Assembly: GCA_964016885.1 (NCBI GenBank)
Contig: OZ024740.1
Span: forward strand, 190,464,001-190,528,000
Source: Eledone cirrhosa
Lineage: Eukaryota
Direction: 5' to 3'
DNA: 64,000 nucleotides
In this document: in pieces, positions 40,440 to 54,915 of the stretch
Numbering within the stretch: position 1 is the stretch's first letter
Layout: each line of letters starts with the position of its first letter
The notes under the pieces: model-generated
The model's database searches: none
The model's input: only the letters and a program-made list of their open reading frames with translations
Told to the model about the DNA's origin: nothing
Made by a program: the position numbers and the translations under genes

Positions 40440-43041
40440 TAGAAATATTATAGAACAGTATAGCAAGAAGCATAATAGAATGGAGGCCCAGCAACTGGGA
40501 GAAAAATCTGCAAATGGCTTGCGTAAGCTCATGCAGCACTCGCGTAATGGAGAGATAGCATGCTTTCCAACAGACAAGTCTGGCAGAATGTCGGGTGACA
40601 GGCTGCCAAACTACATCCAGGCAATGCAACCCCTCATCACTAACACAAGAGAATTAACACCACCAGAGCATGAGGATAGAGAAAAAGCCATCAATGCCCA
40701 TAAGGTGATGTGGACGAATATAATGCAGCCCAACAAAAGCACTGCCAACAACTTCTAGGCCTGGAACAATGACGTGCCAGCGTTGTATGGGCTTCGAAAA
40801 GACCATAAAACGGGCAGTGACCCTGTCACGGGACCACCAACACGGCCAGTCTGTGGAGCTAACATTGCTAGTAACTACAGACTGTCCTACTTCCTCTCCC
40901 TGATCATACGCCCCTTCATTGAAATGTCCCCAGATATATGTGACAGCACGGAGGACCTCCTCAGCAGAATCGGTGAGAGTAACCAATCTGGGGACCTAAC
41001 AAACTGCATAATAGGTAGTGTGGATGTTGTTTTCCTGTATCCATCTATTGACGTGGATTTTGCTGTAGAGAAATGCGTAGAAATGATCAGTGAGAGCGAT
41101 GTTGAGTTCCGTGGGATTGATACCAGTGAGCTGGGACTTCTACTTAAACTTACCTATAGTAATAATTATCTAGACACATATGACCTTAGCAAACTGTGCC
41201 CTACAATACCAGCAAGAGACAGACCACCTACAATTACCTCAATGGTCAGGAAAACCCACACAGATAGATGGAACGTGTGGACCAGAGCCATATGGACTCC
41301 CGAAAACCACGATCAACTAAAGAAAATGATTGTATATGCGGTAGGGGCCAGCCTAAACTTAAACCTTAAGGAACATATGTTCAAATTTAATGGAAAAGCA
41401 TATGCCCAAGAGGAGGGAACAGCCATTTGTGTTAGCATTGCAAGCGACATAGCTAACTTATTCATGGTATGGTGGGACAGTAGACTTAAACTTAAACTTA
41501 AAGAACAATTAGAAGACCCCTTAACCCTGATAATGTACTCCCGCTACGTTGATGATATAAACATCGTAGTTAAAACGCCCCTACTAGAGAACAGTCAGGA
41601 ATTAGAGAAAAATACAATGGAAAGCATCCAGCAAATAGCTAACTCCATCCACCAGAGTATTAGACTTACTATATACTACCCAAGCAAACACCCCAACCAT
41701 CGATTACCTGTACTAGACACAGAGCTATGGTTAGATACCATTAATAACAAAAAACAAATCCTCCATTCCCATTATGCCAAATCCATGGCTTCCAAATATC
41801 TGATCCACCGAATCTCAGCTGTTTCGGAATTGGTACGGGTGATGAGAAATGTGTCCCGCATGTGCAACCCCGAAGAACTAGAGAGACACATACAACACTT
41901 CATCCACCGTATGCAGTTCTCTGGTTACAATCAGAGAGAACACATCAGAGTGTATAGAGGAGCCAGAACCAAATGGGAAAAAATGGTAAATAATGACACA
42001 AATGGGACCTGCCCCTTATATAGGAGCAAATTTTGGAATAGAATAGAAAGAACTAGGAATAAGGCTAATAGAATAAACTCATGGTATGATAGCAATAAAT
42101 ACCAGAGTGTCATGTTCATCGATACAACCCCTAGATGTGAATTAGCTTACACATTTAGAAGAGCCCTAGATAAACATAAACTCAATATTAAGATAGTAGA
42201 AAGACCAGGTACCTCCATAAAAACACTTATTAGCTAGACATACCCTTTTCAAAGACCCCCTGTATAGATAAGAAATGTATAACCTGTAAATAAAGCCCCC
42301 ATAGTAACTGTAAAACTAGAAATGTAGTATATAGCATGATATGTACTGAAGGACAATGTAGAGACAAAGATATAGTGTACATAGGTGAGACAGCTCGTAG
42401 TGTAGGAGAACGGATAAATGAACACTGGCGAGACCTTCAAGATAGTAAATAATCATCTGTACTCTACCAACATGCTAAAATAGAACATAAGGGTAAATTA
42501 GAGGACATAGAAATAAAAATAGAATCTACACACAGAAAAGACGCAATGTTCAGACAAATCACAGAGGCAATAAACATAAAAGAATTGCAACCAACATTAA
42601 ATAGAAAACATGAGTGGAACAGCAACACCACAACTTACAATTAAGGACAAAATGAAAACACACACGCATATAGAACAAACAATCAACCTGTAACATGTAA
42701 ATAAACACATAAATAAACTAATATAAACACACACAGACACCCAAATGTGGCGCATGCGCAGACTGAGCACACAAAACACACACAGAGACAAGATGGCGCA
42801 GGACAGAACAAAGGAGAGGTGCAAAAACAAAGAAAAGAAACCCCAGTCACTGAAGAGGTCACAGAATGCGTGACGAAATAACTTTGACATTATATAAACA
42901 ACCATCTGGTTGTGGAACCAACCAACCAACCGGAAATTTATAAATTCCTAAATTTATAAATTTATTATAATAAATTGAAGTGAAAGTAACTGGTGCGTGT
43001 GTTTCTTATTGGCAACATGACCCTCCCAAAGTATAACAATA
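40440..43041 (+). mobile_element. Penelope-like element, Neptune-like (RT 40774-42237, broken GIY-YIG to about 42625, 3' pLTR)
   Basis: LYGLRKDHK, RPVC, DV..LYPSI, SRYVDD, LPVLD. Endonuclease C..KCITC...C..RNVVY..C...C...YIGETARS..ER..EH...H...H...RQITEA..I...LN. Confidence 0.9.
42846..42888 (+). ncRNA. Minimal type-I hammerhead ribozyme in the PLE 3' pLTR
   Basis: GTCA-CTGAAGA-G-GTCAC[AGAATGC]GTGAC-GAAA-TAAC-TT-TGAC: canonical core, 4-bp stem I, 5-bp stem II, minimal stem III. Confidence 0.8.
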
Positions 43042-43336
43042 TCGGTTTCAACACACGTTTTCAGATAAAGAATCTTGCTAAACAAATTCAGAAACGAAAT
43101 ATATAATATTAACTAAAAATATAAAGGAATTTCATTAGAAACGTCAGCAGCGACAGACTTTTTGTATGATCGATATATTTGTTACAGATATAATTGAGAT
43201 CATTTGTTGCCATTTTAAATAAAAGAAATATTGAAAACAATACGTTTATCATTGACCCTGTTGAAAATATGTCAGCTTAATATGGCCTGATATACGTATA
43301 AACAGCATATCTAGGAAATCTTCTACAATTATGAAA

Positions 43337-43524
43337 TAATTGTTTCTACTTTTGGCACAAGGCCAGCAATTAACCAGTGCATTGCTGGTACTTTATTTTA
43401 TCGACCCCGTAAGGATGAAAGGCAAAGTTAACCTCGGCGGGATTTGAAGTCAGAATAGCAAGAGCCGTAACTCTATGCGCCAAAGCATGTCGTCTGACCC
43501 TCTACCGATACTGCCAACCCACCG
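43337..43524 (-). mobile_element. tRNA-derived SINE, same family as 11812-12001
   Basis: Colinear similarity, with A and B boxes. Confidence 0.8.
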
Positions 43525-43996
43525 AATGATAGGTTGTGCGTGAATGTCATAATGTGTATATATGTTAATATATTACGCTACAAGTATGTCACACATATTA
43601 TGATACAGCTCGCCTTCGATATTACTAATTTAAACAAGGTTAAGTTCTCTTGAAGTTATTAATAATGTTATGAATGAGTATGAATCCTAAATTCGATATT
43701 AATGATTTAGATTTCGATTAGACAAATCGATGAACGGATACAACGTTTCCAGAATTCAAGTCTATTATTTGAGCGTCAATATTATAAATATAAATACATC
43801 TCACCGACAAACTTATTTGATCACACATGGTATATGTAGGTGCTAGTTCTTTATTTATTCACATATATAGGTATACCCTGAGTAATGGTAAAAGTCACAC
43901 AACAAAACTCGAAACTGCGCTGAGTAAAGTATGTGTAGATAAATATTAAAAGCGATTTTTTTTTAGTGCCTTGCAGAATAGTTAATAAATGATCAT

Positions 43997-44337
43997 TCAT
44001 CATCATCATCATTTCATTTTACATCCGCTTTTTCCCTGCTTGCAAGGGTGGGACGGGAACTGATACTGGCTTGATTTCTACAGCTGGATGCCCTTCCTAA
44101 CACCAACCTCATTTACAGTGAGTACTGGGTGCTTTTTTGCCGTGGCACCTCCACGACCACTTTGCAGTGGAATAATAGGGATCCCTGTCCTTATCATCTC
44201 ATTTATACAGCTGAGTAAACTGGAGAAATGTGAAATAAAGTGTCTTGCTCAAGGAAACAACACATCACCCGGTCTGAGAATTGAACTCACAACCTTTCGA
44301 GCCAATGCTCTAACAACTAAGCCATGTGCCTCCACAT
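43997..44337 (-). mobile_element. tRNA-derived SINE family 2 with (GAT)n tail
   Basis: Reverse complement head gtggaggcacatggcttagttgttagagc...gagttcaattc. Second copy at 58135-58481. Confidence 0.8.
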
Positions 44338-44981
44338 GATGTATATAGTAATATATATTTAAATAGTTTATTACAGATGAGATTTATAATGATATGTATA
44401 TGAGAGCAAATATTTAGATGACAAGAATGAAAGTTCTTGTGGCCGATGAAGTAAGCATACAGGTTAATATATACCAGCAACATATAGCGTCACGAATTAA
44501 TTCTTTCACGAAAGCTAATGAGTGACATAAGAAATAATAATGCGTTTGAGTTTCTAATAGTAAGAATAATTGTCAGTTCTTATGGTATGTTGTTGCATGT
44601 TTGTGAGTAGAACATATATGAAGTAAAATATCATCGATTTTTACAAGAGGTCTTAGATGTGCCAAGTGATTGACAAAATATTATTTAGTTGAGAGGAATG
44701 TTTGATATTTTCCATCACATGATGGTCTATCCGATTCTTACATTAAAGATTTGTGAAATTGCTGATTGACTCATGTACAGGTACATTTTGAATGAATATT
44801 CGTCTTCTTTATCGTACACATCGACAACAATATTTTATTCTAGTCCAACTTCAATTACAACCATTTTGATATAATGTCATACTGTGTAAGTCGTAAGGAA
44901 GTTTAATATGTGTCCCCTATCTACACCTGTGAGAAAATTTAATATTTCATTGACGTTCAAAATATCAACAACATATATGTA

Positions 44982-45062
<81 letters not shown>

Positions 45063-45065
45063 GTA

Positions 45066-45113
<48 letters not shown>

Positions 45114-45126
45114 CGTGTGTGTGTAA

Positions 45127-45600
45127 CACCTGTTTCATGAAATTATCACATTTCAGAGGAATCTTAGCCACAGCTATCCGCAGATCTATCCAAAGGAAAA
45201 TGAATGGACATCCAGTTAGCACACGCCTGCAATTATCTGCGTGGATACCTGTCTAAAAAGCAATCAAGAGACAACAACAATCATTGCTCCCTGACAAACT
45301 GCCATATCCGTGATACCTGTATCTGCCAGCGGACATATGTGTCATACCGGATTGAATGCAATAAATGTAAGGAGTTCTACATTGGTAGCGTGACTCGAGC
45401 ACTCCACACTCGCATTAAAGTAGGTCTCAACACACAGGCATCCACATTAAAAAAAAACACATTGAAAAATGTAAAGACATCAACCAACATATTACCGTGA
45501 CCATTAAAACCAGTGATAGAAATGTGGGCAACTTATGAATTAAGGAAGCCTTGCTCATACGTAGATTCAACCCACAAATAATTAATAGATTATAACTCAG
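45127..45600 (+). mobile_element. PLE GIY-YIG endonuclease fragment
   Basis: C.L..C......C....VSYRIECNKCKEFYIGS.TR.LHTRIK, then IKEAL.I...NP.I. Confidence 0.75.
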
Positions 45601-46019
45601 CACAAAGTACTTGTCAGAAAAAGCACACCCTCAGCCTCACAAACTAAACATCTCATACAAAAAAGAAAATTGATATCGCAATTGATGTCATTCACGTGGA
45701 AAGCGAAATAACCATAAAAACGCTTAAAAACGACATAGAAAAATATAAATCAAAATCAGAGTTTTATCCCAAAGAGAGAAAATTGGAACATTATCCACTG
45801 AAAGATACTTAGCCCTGATAAAGGAACTTTTACGTCCCTCAATATTGGACAAATAAAAGAAAAACAGCAACAGAAAAAACAAAACAAAACAAAGATTACC
45901 AGGTAACTTACTTTTAATTTTAGTTACCTCAAATTATAATCCATTTTGATTTGTTCAGTCTTCTATTTCTTTCAACGTTATATATTATAAACAATGCTTC
46001 AAGCAAGCTACAATATGCC

Positions 46020-46054
<35 letters not shown>

Positions 46055-46249
46055 GGAAAAAATGAAACGATATTTCATTTCCCACTCTTAGTACGGCTGT
46101 TACTTAAATATAAAGCTTGAAACTAGTACAGCGTTCCTTTGTCAGTGTTGAACAAACGAGCAACGGTGGTTGCTAGACACTACGGCTTAATACGGGATGT
46201 TTGTTTACAAACACACCGAGCATTATAATAAATGTTCGGTGAATCCATA

Positions 46250-46597
<348 letters not shown>

Positions 46598-47150
46598 CCT
46601 GCTATAATTACCGTTACCGCGCGGTTTGAAGTCTCAAAATAAATGGATAATCCATGCGGAAATCCATTGAGAAGAATACTTTCGTCAGAGGGTTCTTCTC
46701 ACTCGGATAATATAAAATTCCCGAGTTCAAATCACGAACTGGCGCCATACAAAACTGTTCCCGAGATGAGAGTGTATGATGAAGAAACAATTTTGTCTAG
46801 TGCTGCATGTAAAGATAGAAGGCAGCGGCGGAAAGATCAATGTACTGCCACTAGAAATAACAGCAGTTAAAACGACCAAAATGTTATCTCGACCAGAGAA
46901 GATTAATAATAATAAAGTATGTTTCCCTAAATGCAAAATGCATATAGAGACACATGTATTATCCAACCGTATGCCAATGTGGTTTTATGGCAGGTTAATA
47001 AATTAAAGAGCCAGAACATATATAATCAATATTTAGCAAATAAGAAAACGTTTTAAAATAAATTTTAAATAGTTCAAGGCACCTGCTATAATTACCCTTA
47101 CCGCGCGATTTCAAGTGTCAAAATAAATGGATAATCCATGCGGAAATCTA
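46598..47150 (-). mobile_element. Head-to-tail HHR-bounded unit of about 484 bp (retrozyme-like family R), about 1.15 units
   Basis: cctgctataattacc repeats at 46598 and 47082. Homologous to 54833-55472. HHR at 46610-46693 (G12 mutated) and a partial one at 47094-47150. Confidence 0.75.
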
Positions 47151-47169
47151 TTATATATATATAGAAAGA

Positions 47170-50100
47170 AACGTCGGCACCTTACGTATCAAGGAAGCAT
47201 TTGGATCAAATGCCTAGGGCCACAATTAAAAAACCGATCCGAGAGAAGCGAAGTGGGGTGGTTGGATTAAGTTAACAAACGATGCAGCAACACATGCACA
47301 GAGACACAGAAGCGATACAGCAACACACACACAAACACACACACAGTAGCATTCCACCATACGAACATACTACACTGCCAATACAGAGGAACAAGGCAAC
47401 AACACACGCACACACACACACACACACTCAAGCGAGACAACAACACACGCACACACACACACAGTAACATTAACCAAACAGGGACAATAATGGACTGACA
47501 GCTAGCGCCACCCCACTCCCACAATTGTAAGAACTACTTCGGCCGCTGACCTCTGCCTGACCGACCCCATTTCACGCACACGCGCGCTCTTTTGAATACC
47601 TCAGATATTCAAAACAACGAACAGCGGAGGACACGTTTCGCACCTTTCCGACAGACAACGTCCCCTCACCCCACTCCGGAAAAAAACCCCAGTTGATGGA
47701 TGAGAATCCGAAATATATAGGGAAACTCTTTCTCGTGTTGTTATTTTTATTTTTATCCTTTATGCTCTTGCCTTCATTCCTCTACACGTTACAGTCTTAT
47801 ACACGGAACGCATCTCAACGTACACCCACTTACATCTCTCTCTCCACCACCGGATTTTGTTACCCGCAGATTTACCCATCTGCATTGTCGAAGCTTCCAA
47901 ACGACTTAAAGAAATTTACCTTATTATTCCACAATGCTTCAAGCAAACTTTAATACTCTCTTATCCTTATACCTGAGCCAGGAATTGTTTGCATCCGTAA
48001 GGGAACTGTTTAGACTGTCGGAGAAATGGGCCAATGCTGGCTGCCAATTTATTTTCCTGAAACGCTGCCTAAAAAAAGATGTCATCCCCAACACCATCAG
48101 GAATATCCGCTTACCAGTAAGCCTACGTACACCAGCTTTCCAAATCACCACTAACCGCATACATCACAGGTGTATTAAACAGATCCTGATACATCTCAAC
48201 CGCCAATTACACGTCCATAAGCGGACACATGAACTGCCAATATCACCCGGCGACTTGCTCCTGAAAATCACTAAAGCAATCGACCAGTGCTACCACTTCA
48301 GAGTCCAATACGAAAAAAAAAAACGGCTCAAGCGGAAATATGAGTGGATCTTGTCTAAACTCCACGACGAGAACATCGACACTAACAAACTGACGGACCA
48401 GACCCACGTGGAAAACAACAACTTAACAATCGCCACCGCCGCATCCACCTACACCGAGCCACACCTCAACGATGCGACGTACCTGGTCACGGGTCTAACC
48501 GGCACTCTCACTAGCGACGAGCTGAAACGCCTGCACCTCGGACCCAAGTTCATCGTCTCACAACGACTCGACGATAGACTCAAACTCAACATCGAGGCCA
48601 ACTTTTGTCGAGCCGCTTACCAACTTAAATGGGTGACCGCCATCAACAGCGCCACAGAAAATAACAGCACCCATGCAACCCACCCCAAGTTCCCCACTTA
48701 CCACCCCGACAACACACTCCACCCCCACCCACCAACCATGAACTCGACACTAAACTCATCAGGCTAAAACACTCCATCACGAATATACTTCACAAATACA
48801 CATACACACGCACATCACACAACCTCACCAAATCTCAACTCACCACTCTCTCCAACCTAAAATCGAAGAACCTCATCTACCTCTCCTCCGACAAGGGAAA
48901 AGAATTCTGCGTCATCAGCAGAGAGGCCTACAACACCCTAGCCCTCCAACACCTTGACGATGACAGCCTCTACTCCAATGTCACGGGAATCACTCCCGCG
49001 CAGATAGAAGAGCACTTCAACGCCGACTGGACCGGCATCTGCGACCGGCGGAAGCTCCCGAAGAAGCTGAGATACAACCTCCTCACGAGGAACAGCAGAC
49101 TACACGCCTTCTACCACCTCGTGAAAACACACAAACAGGGACCCTACCTGAAGATCAGGCCCAATGTATCGAGCGTGGAAGGACCACTCTACAAAATTTC
49201 ATGGCTCCTAGCCAGAATACTCAAGCCCATCTTAGACACCTTGCCGGGACACGTTAACAGCTCCGAGGAGGTGTTGAAGCGCCTGCATCAAATGGATCCC
49301 GACACCAGAAGGATTAACAGATATGCCTTCAGCCTTGATGCAGTTTCTCTCTACACCTCGGTCCCGGCACTTCTGGCCGTCAATATACTGATGGAACGCG
49401 TCCAATCCACCGACCTACACTACTTCGGGCTCACCACCACTGACATCCAACAACACCTATCCATCGGCGTCAACAAAGCCTACTTCGGATTCCTTGACCA
49501 AACATACCATCAAACCTCGGGACTGCCCATGGGATCAAGCCTGTCGGCTGTGCTAGCGATCTCTTACATGGACAGCCTCGAGCGCAAGGCACTCAACGCT
49601 TACCACCCCAACGCCGTCACCTTTTTCACAAGGTACGTGGACGATATCCTCATCCTCACATTTTCCCAAGACATGTCGACAGAATATATGAGACGTTCAA
49701 CAACACGGACGAGAATATTTACTTCAGTGTTGAACAGACCCAACGACGACGGGTCACTTGCCCTCCTCGACTTCCGAATCAACATCACGGAACAGGGAGG
49801 GATCCACTGCAACTTCTACCGAAAGGCAGCCTGCGGGGATCTGTTCGTCCACTACAAATCCGCCGTCCCTAACAGTGCCAAAAGAGGATACATCACGAAC
49901 GAGATCGCGCGAATCAAAAACAGATGCAGCGATCCCGTGAGTGGTGTCTCTCATACCAAGCGATTCCTCGAGGTGCTGAAGACGAACGGGTACCCTACCT
50001 CGCTCACAGACAGAGTAGGAGACACCAGACACAAGAGACAGAGAGGCACCCAAGGCAAGGGCTTCCTTAATATGCCACACCTGAGCGAGAATACCACCAA

Positions 50101-50519
50101 CACTATCCGCAAGACTATACGGAGGGAGGGCCTCGACATCAGATTGGCCCACTCGGGCCCCTCCCTGCAATGAAACCCGGGAAATCAACTGACGCGTGCT
50201 TCCTCAGAGACTGCCCAATGCCCCACTGTTACCTCCACACATACGTATGGATGTGAATCCGAAATATATATGGACAATTTAATCTCTCCCAAGGTAACTC
50301 TTTCTCGTGTTGTTATTTTTATTTTTAACTTTTACGCCCTTTCCTTCATTCCTCTACACGTTACAGTCTTATACACGCCACGCATCACAACGTACACCCA
50401 CTTAAATCTCTCTCTCCGCCACCGGAGCTTGTTACCCATCTGCATTGTCGAGGCTTCCAAACGACTTAAAGACATTTACCTTATTATTCCACAATGCTTC
50501 AAGCAAACTTCAATAATCT

Positions 50520-50522
<3 letters not shown>
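47170..50522 (+). mobile_element. Penelope/Poseidon-like element (5' pLTR, broken ORF 47934-50245, endonuclease mostly deleted, truncated 3' pLTR 50246-50522)
   Basis: FLKRC....IP, L.LGPKF, SDKG, KTHK...RP.VS, SLDAVSLYTSVP, GLPMGSSLS..LA, RYVDD, LLD, YRK. Direct repeat of the family A pLTR. Confidence 0.92.
47688..47722 (+). ncRNA. Family A hammerhead-like motif
   Basis: CCC-CAGTTGA-T-GGAT[GAGA]ATCC-GAAA-TATA-TA-GGG. Confidence 0.5.
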
Positions 50523-50552
<30 letters not shown>

Positions 50553-50560
<8 letters not shown>

Positions 50561-50884
50561 CCCCCTCGTTATTGAGTATGGCCATTGCATGATATACCAT
50601 TATTAATTAATAATATCGTGCAATGCCTGTGCGCAAACAAGTATTTTAAAGTGAGGAAAGACAGCCAATTCCACTCTCTGAGCGACAGTAGCTAAAACCC
50701 GAAAATAATAAAATATCAACATCATTGGTAACTACAGAGCCGTAGGTTTATGTCGGAGTTATCCCAGCTTCCTGAGATGCCTTTTTCTAGAAGAATATCC
50801 TGACAAAGGCTAGGGGTCCATCATTCCCAGTGGTTTAACCGCGAGGTCGGGTATCCAGACCGACTATTTCTATGTCCCCGCGCA
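50553..50884 (-). mobile_element. Complete bipartite RTE-derived SINE
   Basis: Body matches 12518-12812. The 3' 40 nt match the RTE tail at 20465-20503 and end in (TA)n. Confidence 0.8.
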
Positions 50885-51149
50885 TATACATACGCATATA
50901 TATGTACATGTGTATATACATATTTACACATTTTTCGAAGGCCGTTGACTTTTACAAGTTCTTCCGCCGTTTGTAAGGTTTGGTTTTTTGTCCTGCGAGG
51001 TGTCCAAAATGACCCTCCTAACCAAGTAAACTTGGTGGGGGTGCCTGTTTAATCGCAGATGACCCGACCATGCGTCAGGTTGTACTGGTTTATATGTTAG
51101 CAGTAGCACTCAAGAGTGACCCAAGATAATATATATGTATATATATATA

Positions 51150-52350
51150 ATAGAAACAGTGGAGAATAACATGGTCGACAGTACAAAAAAGGGATTTATT
51201 TGCTTTATCTGCTGTCTAACAATTATTTCAGTGATAGAGTTGTTTAAAAATTGCTGAACACTAAAAGCTGTGCCACCCCTTTTAAATACAATGTTAAATC
51301 TACTAGATCATCGGAAACTGTTAAAAAAATATATATGTAACCGGCAAATTCACAAATTCAAATTACATCATCAATAATAATATTAATAATAAAGATATAG
51401 AGAGAAAATGAGGAAGAAAGGTATATACAGTAAAGAAAAGGAAGGAGAAAGAAGAAAAAGGAAAAACAGAAAAAGAAAATGAGAAATAAGAACAAAAGGA
51501 GAAAGTATTATATATAGAAATATAAAGAGAGGAAGATATATAGAAGATCATGGTATATAGATGAGAGACAGGCATAAGTAAGAATAACATTGGATCGAGA
51601 AAAGAATAGAGGGTCAAATAAATGAATAAACGTTAAAGCATAAATAAATGTAAATAAACATAAAAATATGTGAAAAGTGTTGAAAATATGATAATTTTAA
51701 ATATATTTATGTGTGTATTGTTTATTTTAATAAATAAATAAATTAATTAGTTTTAAGTTATATTATATGATAAAATTAAATGACAGAGATGAAATAAATT
51801 TAGGGAAAGAAATATTAAAATAAAGAGTGAAAAATAGAGATATATAAAATAAGAATGTAAATATAAGAGGTTTTGATGTTGTTCTTTGATAGATGATGAC
51901 AATTATAATTATAATTTAAATTATAATGATGATGATGTTGATAATGTGATATCATAATAGATTCCAAGTGGTACAATCTGGGTTATGGAATAGATAAGAT
52001 GAAATTAAGCTGGGCTAAAGTTCTCAAATTTAGTCCCCGATTTATGTCAACAAACAATTTTTTTTTTCAATTTTACTGTTAAGAAGATTTTATTGTAATT
52101 TAAAATTTGGAAAAGTTCCATATTACAAAGACCACAGTGGGATATACCAATTTGATAGCTTTTTCCAGGTAATTTTATATTCCATGTTTGCATCTTTAAG
52201 TTGCCAGATTTTATTGGCGAGATCGTTGTCTCTGAAAGAGTCCAGCTAGTCATAGAGTGTCTATGTACGTACCAACTTTTCTTAAACTCCACAGCTGTGG
52301 AACCAATGTAATGCCATGCTAAGCTACCTGAATTTATAGCACATAGCACA
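51150..52350 (-). mobile_element. Decayed PLE 3' fragment (GIY-YIG at about 52030-52350 plus AT-rich UTR)
   Basis: WHYIGSTA..FK...Y.H..S and CGLCN.E motifs. The extent of the UTR is uncertain. Confidence 0.6.
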
Positions 52351-52353
52351 TGT

Positions 52354-52695
<342 letters not shown>

Positions 52696-52830
52696 TGTAA
52701 AGTTATATTTAAAATTGTTGGGTTACAACTAGTAAATATTTATAACTGATATAAAAGCACTCGACAAATACTTGGAGTATATTTACAATATTAAATAAAT
52801 GGAAAACTATATTTATAAAACCATATTTAT

Positions 52831-52890
52831 TTCATTATATATATTTCGGGGATATCATATTAACAATATGCTATGCCTTCATCAGACAAA
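52831..52890 (-). ncRNA. Hammerhead ribozyme, mirror copy of 54031-54090
   Basis: Reverse complement of the motif at 54031-54090. Confidence 0.7.
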
Positions 52891-53256
52891 ATACAATATA
52901 AACAGTTTTATAGATAAATATATTCGACATACCGTAATAAACATCAACTTCATTTGAAGAGGTTCACTCTAGCAGTGAAAATACAGAGAGAAAGAAAGAG
53001 AGAGAGAAAAGAGGGAAATAAGAAAGAAAGAAAGACGAAACGAAGAAAAGGAAGAAAAAGAAGAAAAAGAAGAAATGCATGGGACAAAATAGAGAGATGG
53101 AAAAATAGATAAAGCGAAGAGCTTCATGTAAAGAGACCGAAAGAGATATATATATATATATAGAGAGAGGAAATAGAGATAGATACATATATAAATATAG
53201 ATATAGAAAAATTAGGTAGTGGGAGGTCATTTTGAGTAAGTGTATCAATGATGCAT

Positions 53257-53291
<35 letters not shown>

Positions 53292-53629
53292 GCTCAAGTA
53301 TTAATGTAAGGGAGATATAGAGAGATATAGAGAGATATAGAGAGAGAAAAATTTAAAAATAGCCAGACATATTCGAGGCGTAGAAAACCCTATGTTTTAA
53401 TGTATTAGTATTTATAAAACTTACACTATATTGTAAATATCAGTATTCCTGAATGAAACAAGTATTCACAATGCGTGAAAATTCATTATCTTATGTTTAG
53501 TTTTTTAAAAAATTCATATGTCTATGTGAATCCAACTGATTCACTGCGCAAATTCAAAGTTACCGGAAAACATTCTCTCTCTATATCTCTCTATATCTCT
53601 CTATATCTCCCTTACATTAATACTTGAGC

Positions 53630-53664
<35 letters not shown>

Positions 53665-54030
53665 ATGCATCATTGATACACTTACTCAAAATGACCTCCC
53701 ACTACCTAATTTTTCTATATCTATATTTATATATGTATCTATCTCTATTTCCTCTCTCTCTATATATATATATATCTCTTTCGGTCTCTTTACATGAAGC
53801 TCTTCGCTTTATCTATTTTTCCATCTCTCTATTTTGTCCCATGCATTTCTTCTTTTTCTTCTTTTTCTTCCTTTTCTTCGTTTCGTCTTTCTTTCTTTCT
53901 TATTTCCCTCTTTTCTCTCTCTCTTTCTTTCTCTCTGTATTTTCACTGCTAGAGTGAACCTCTTCAAATGAAGTTGATGTTTATTACGGTATGTCGAATA
54001 TATTTATCTATAAAACTGTTTATATTGTAT

Positions 54031-54090
54031 TTTGTCTGATGAAGGCATAGCATATTGTTAATATGATATCCCCGAAATATATATAATGAA
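54031..54090 (+). ncRNA. Type-I hammerhead ribozyme
   Basis: TTTGT-CTGATGA-A-GGCATAGCATATT[GTT]AATATGATATCCCC-GAAA-TATATA-TA-ATGAA. Canonical core and palindromic stem III; stem I relies on G-U pairs. Confidence 0.7.
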
Positions 54091-54131
54091 ATAAATATGG
54101 TTTTATAAATATAGTTTTCCATTTATTTAAT

Positions 54132-54205
<74 letters not shown>

Positions 54206-54243
54206 CATATACATATATATATATATATAAATATATATATATG

Positions 54244-54327
54244 GTTATACTTGGGGAGGGTCATATTTGCGTAATATTGCCAGAATTAATAACAGAACAC
54301 ACTCACTGTATATATATATATACACAC

Positions 54328-54389
<62 letters not shown>

Positions 54390-54755
54390 GGTCCTCAATG
54401 TTGCCATTGACTGACCAACGGTCAAACATAATACAGATACAATATAGACACAAACACTGAATAAAGATGGCGTAGAAAATACAATGCAACGGGAGGAAAC
54501 AATAGCAGTACTGACGATGTTGCAGATGTGCAACGAAAGAAATTTGATAAACTATATATATGTGTTTGTGTCTATATTGTATCTGTATTATTTGTTACCG
54601 TTGGTCAGTCAATGGCAACATTGAGGACCGAATAAATTAGATTACCCATATAAAAGACACAGAAGCGAAAAGCGAAAACCAACCGAACAGTGAATGTGTT
54701 CTGTTATTAATTCTGGCAATATTACACAAATATAACCCTCCCCAAGTATAACAAT
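54244..54755. repeat. pLTR-like element with nested inverted copies (54244-54310 / 54687-54752 and 54389-54458 / 54563-54630)
   Basis: Reverse-complement pairs are directly visible. The terminus accctcccaagtataacaat resembles the pLTR end at 43020-43040. Confidence 0.85.
54507..54548 (+). ncRNA. Minimal hammerhead ribozyme with degenerate stem I
   Basis: CTGACGA-T-GTTGCA[GATG]TGCAAC-GAAA-GAAA-TT-TGAT, same layout as 42846-42888. Confidence 0.65.
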
Positions 54756-54831
54756 ATATATATATATATATAATAAAGTATGTGTTCCTATGTGTAAAAA
54801 ATTCATATAGGGATACAAGTATTTTATCCAA

Positions 54832-54915
54832 CTGTTCTGACGAGAATCCCCTTCTCAATGGTGGTCTACACGGATTATCTATTTATTTTGCGATTTGAAA
54901 CCGCGCGGTAAGGGT
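54832..54915 (+). ncRNA. Hammerhead ribozyme, family R, copy 1
   Basis: CTGACGA-GAATC..(53 nt)..GATTT-GAAA-CCGCGCGG-TA-AGGGT. Predicted cut after 54910. Confidence 0.75.

Larger units (their letters stand above)
52784..54137. repeat. Near-perfect inverted repeat of about 565 bp (52784-53349 / 53573-54137) between (TA)n tracts
   Basis: The arms are almost identical reverse complements. The mirrored ORFs 52964-53248 and 53673-53957 differ at one residue. Confidence 0.95.

Noticed and set aside
52964-53957. Two nearly identical 94-aa ORFs as a duplicated gene
   Set aside because: They are low-complexity mirror translations of the inverted repeat arms.
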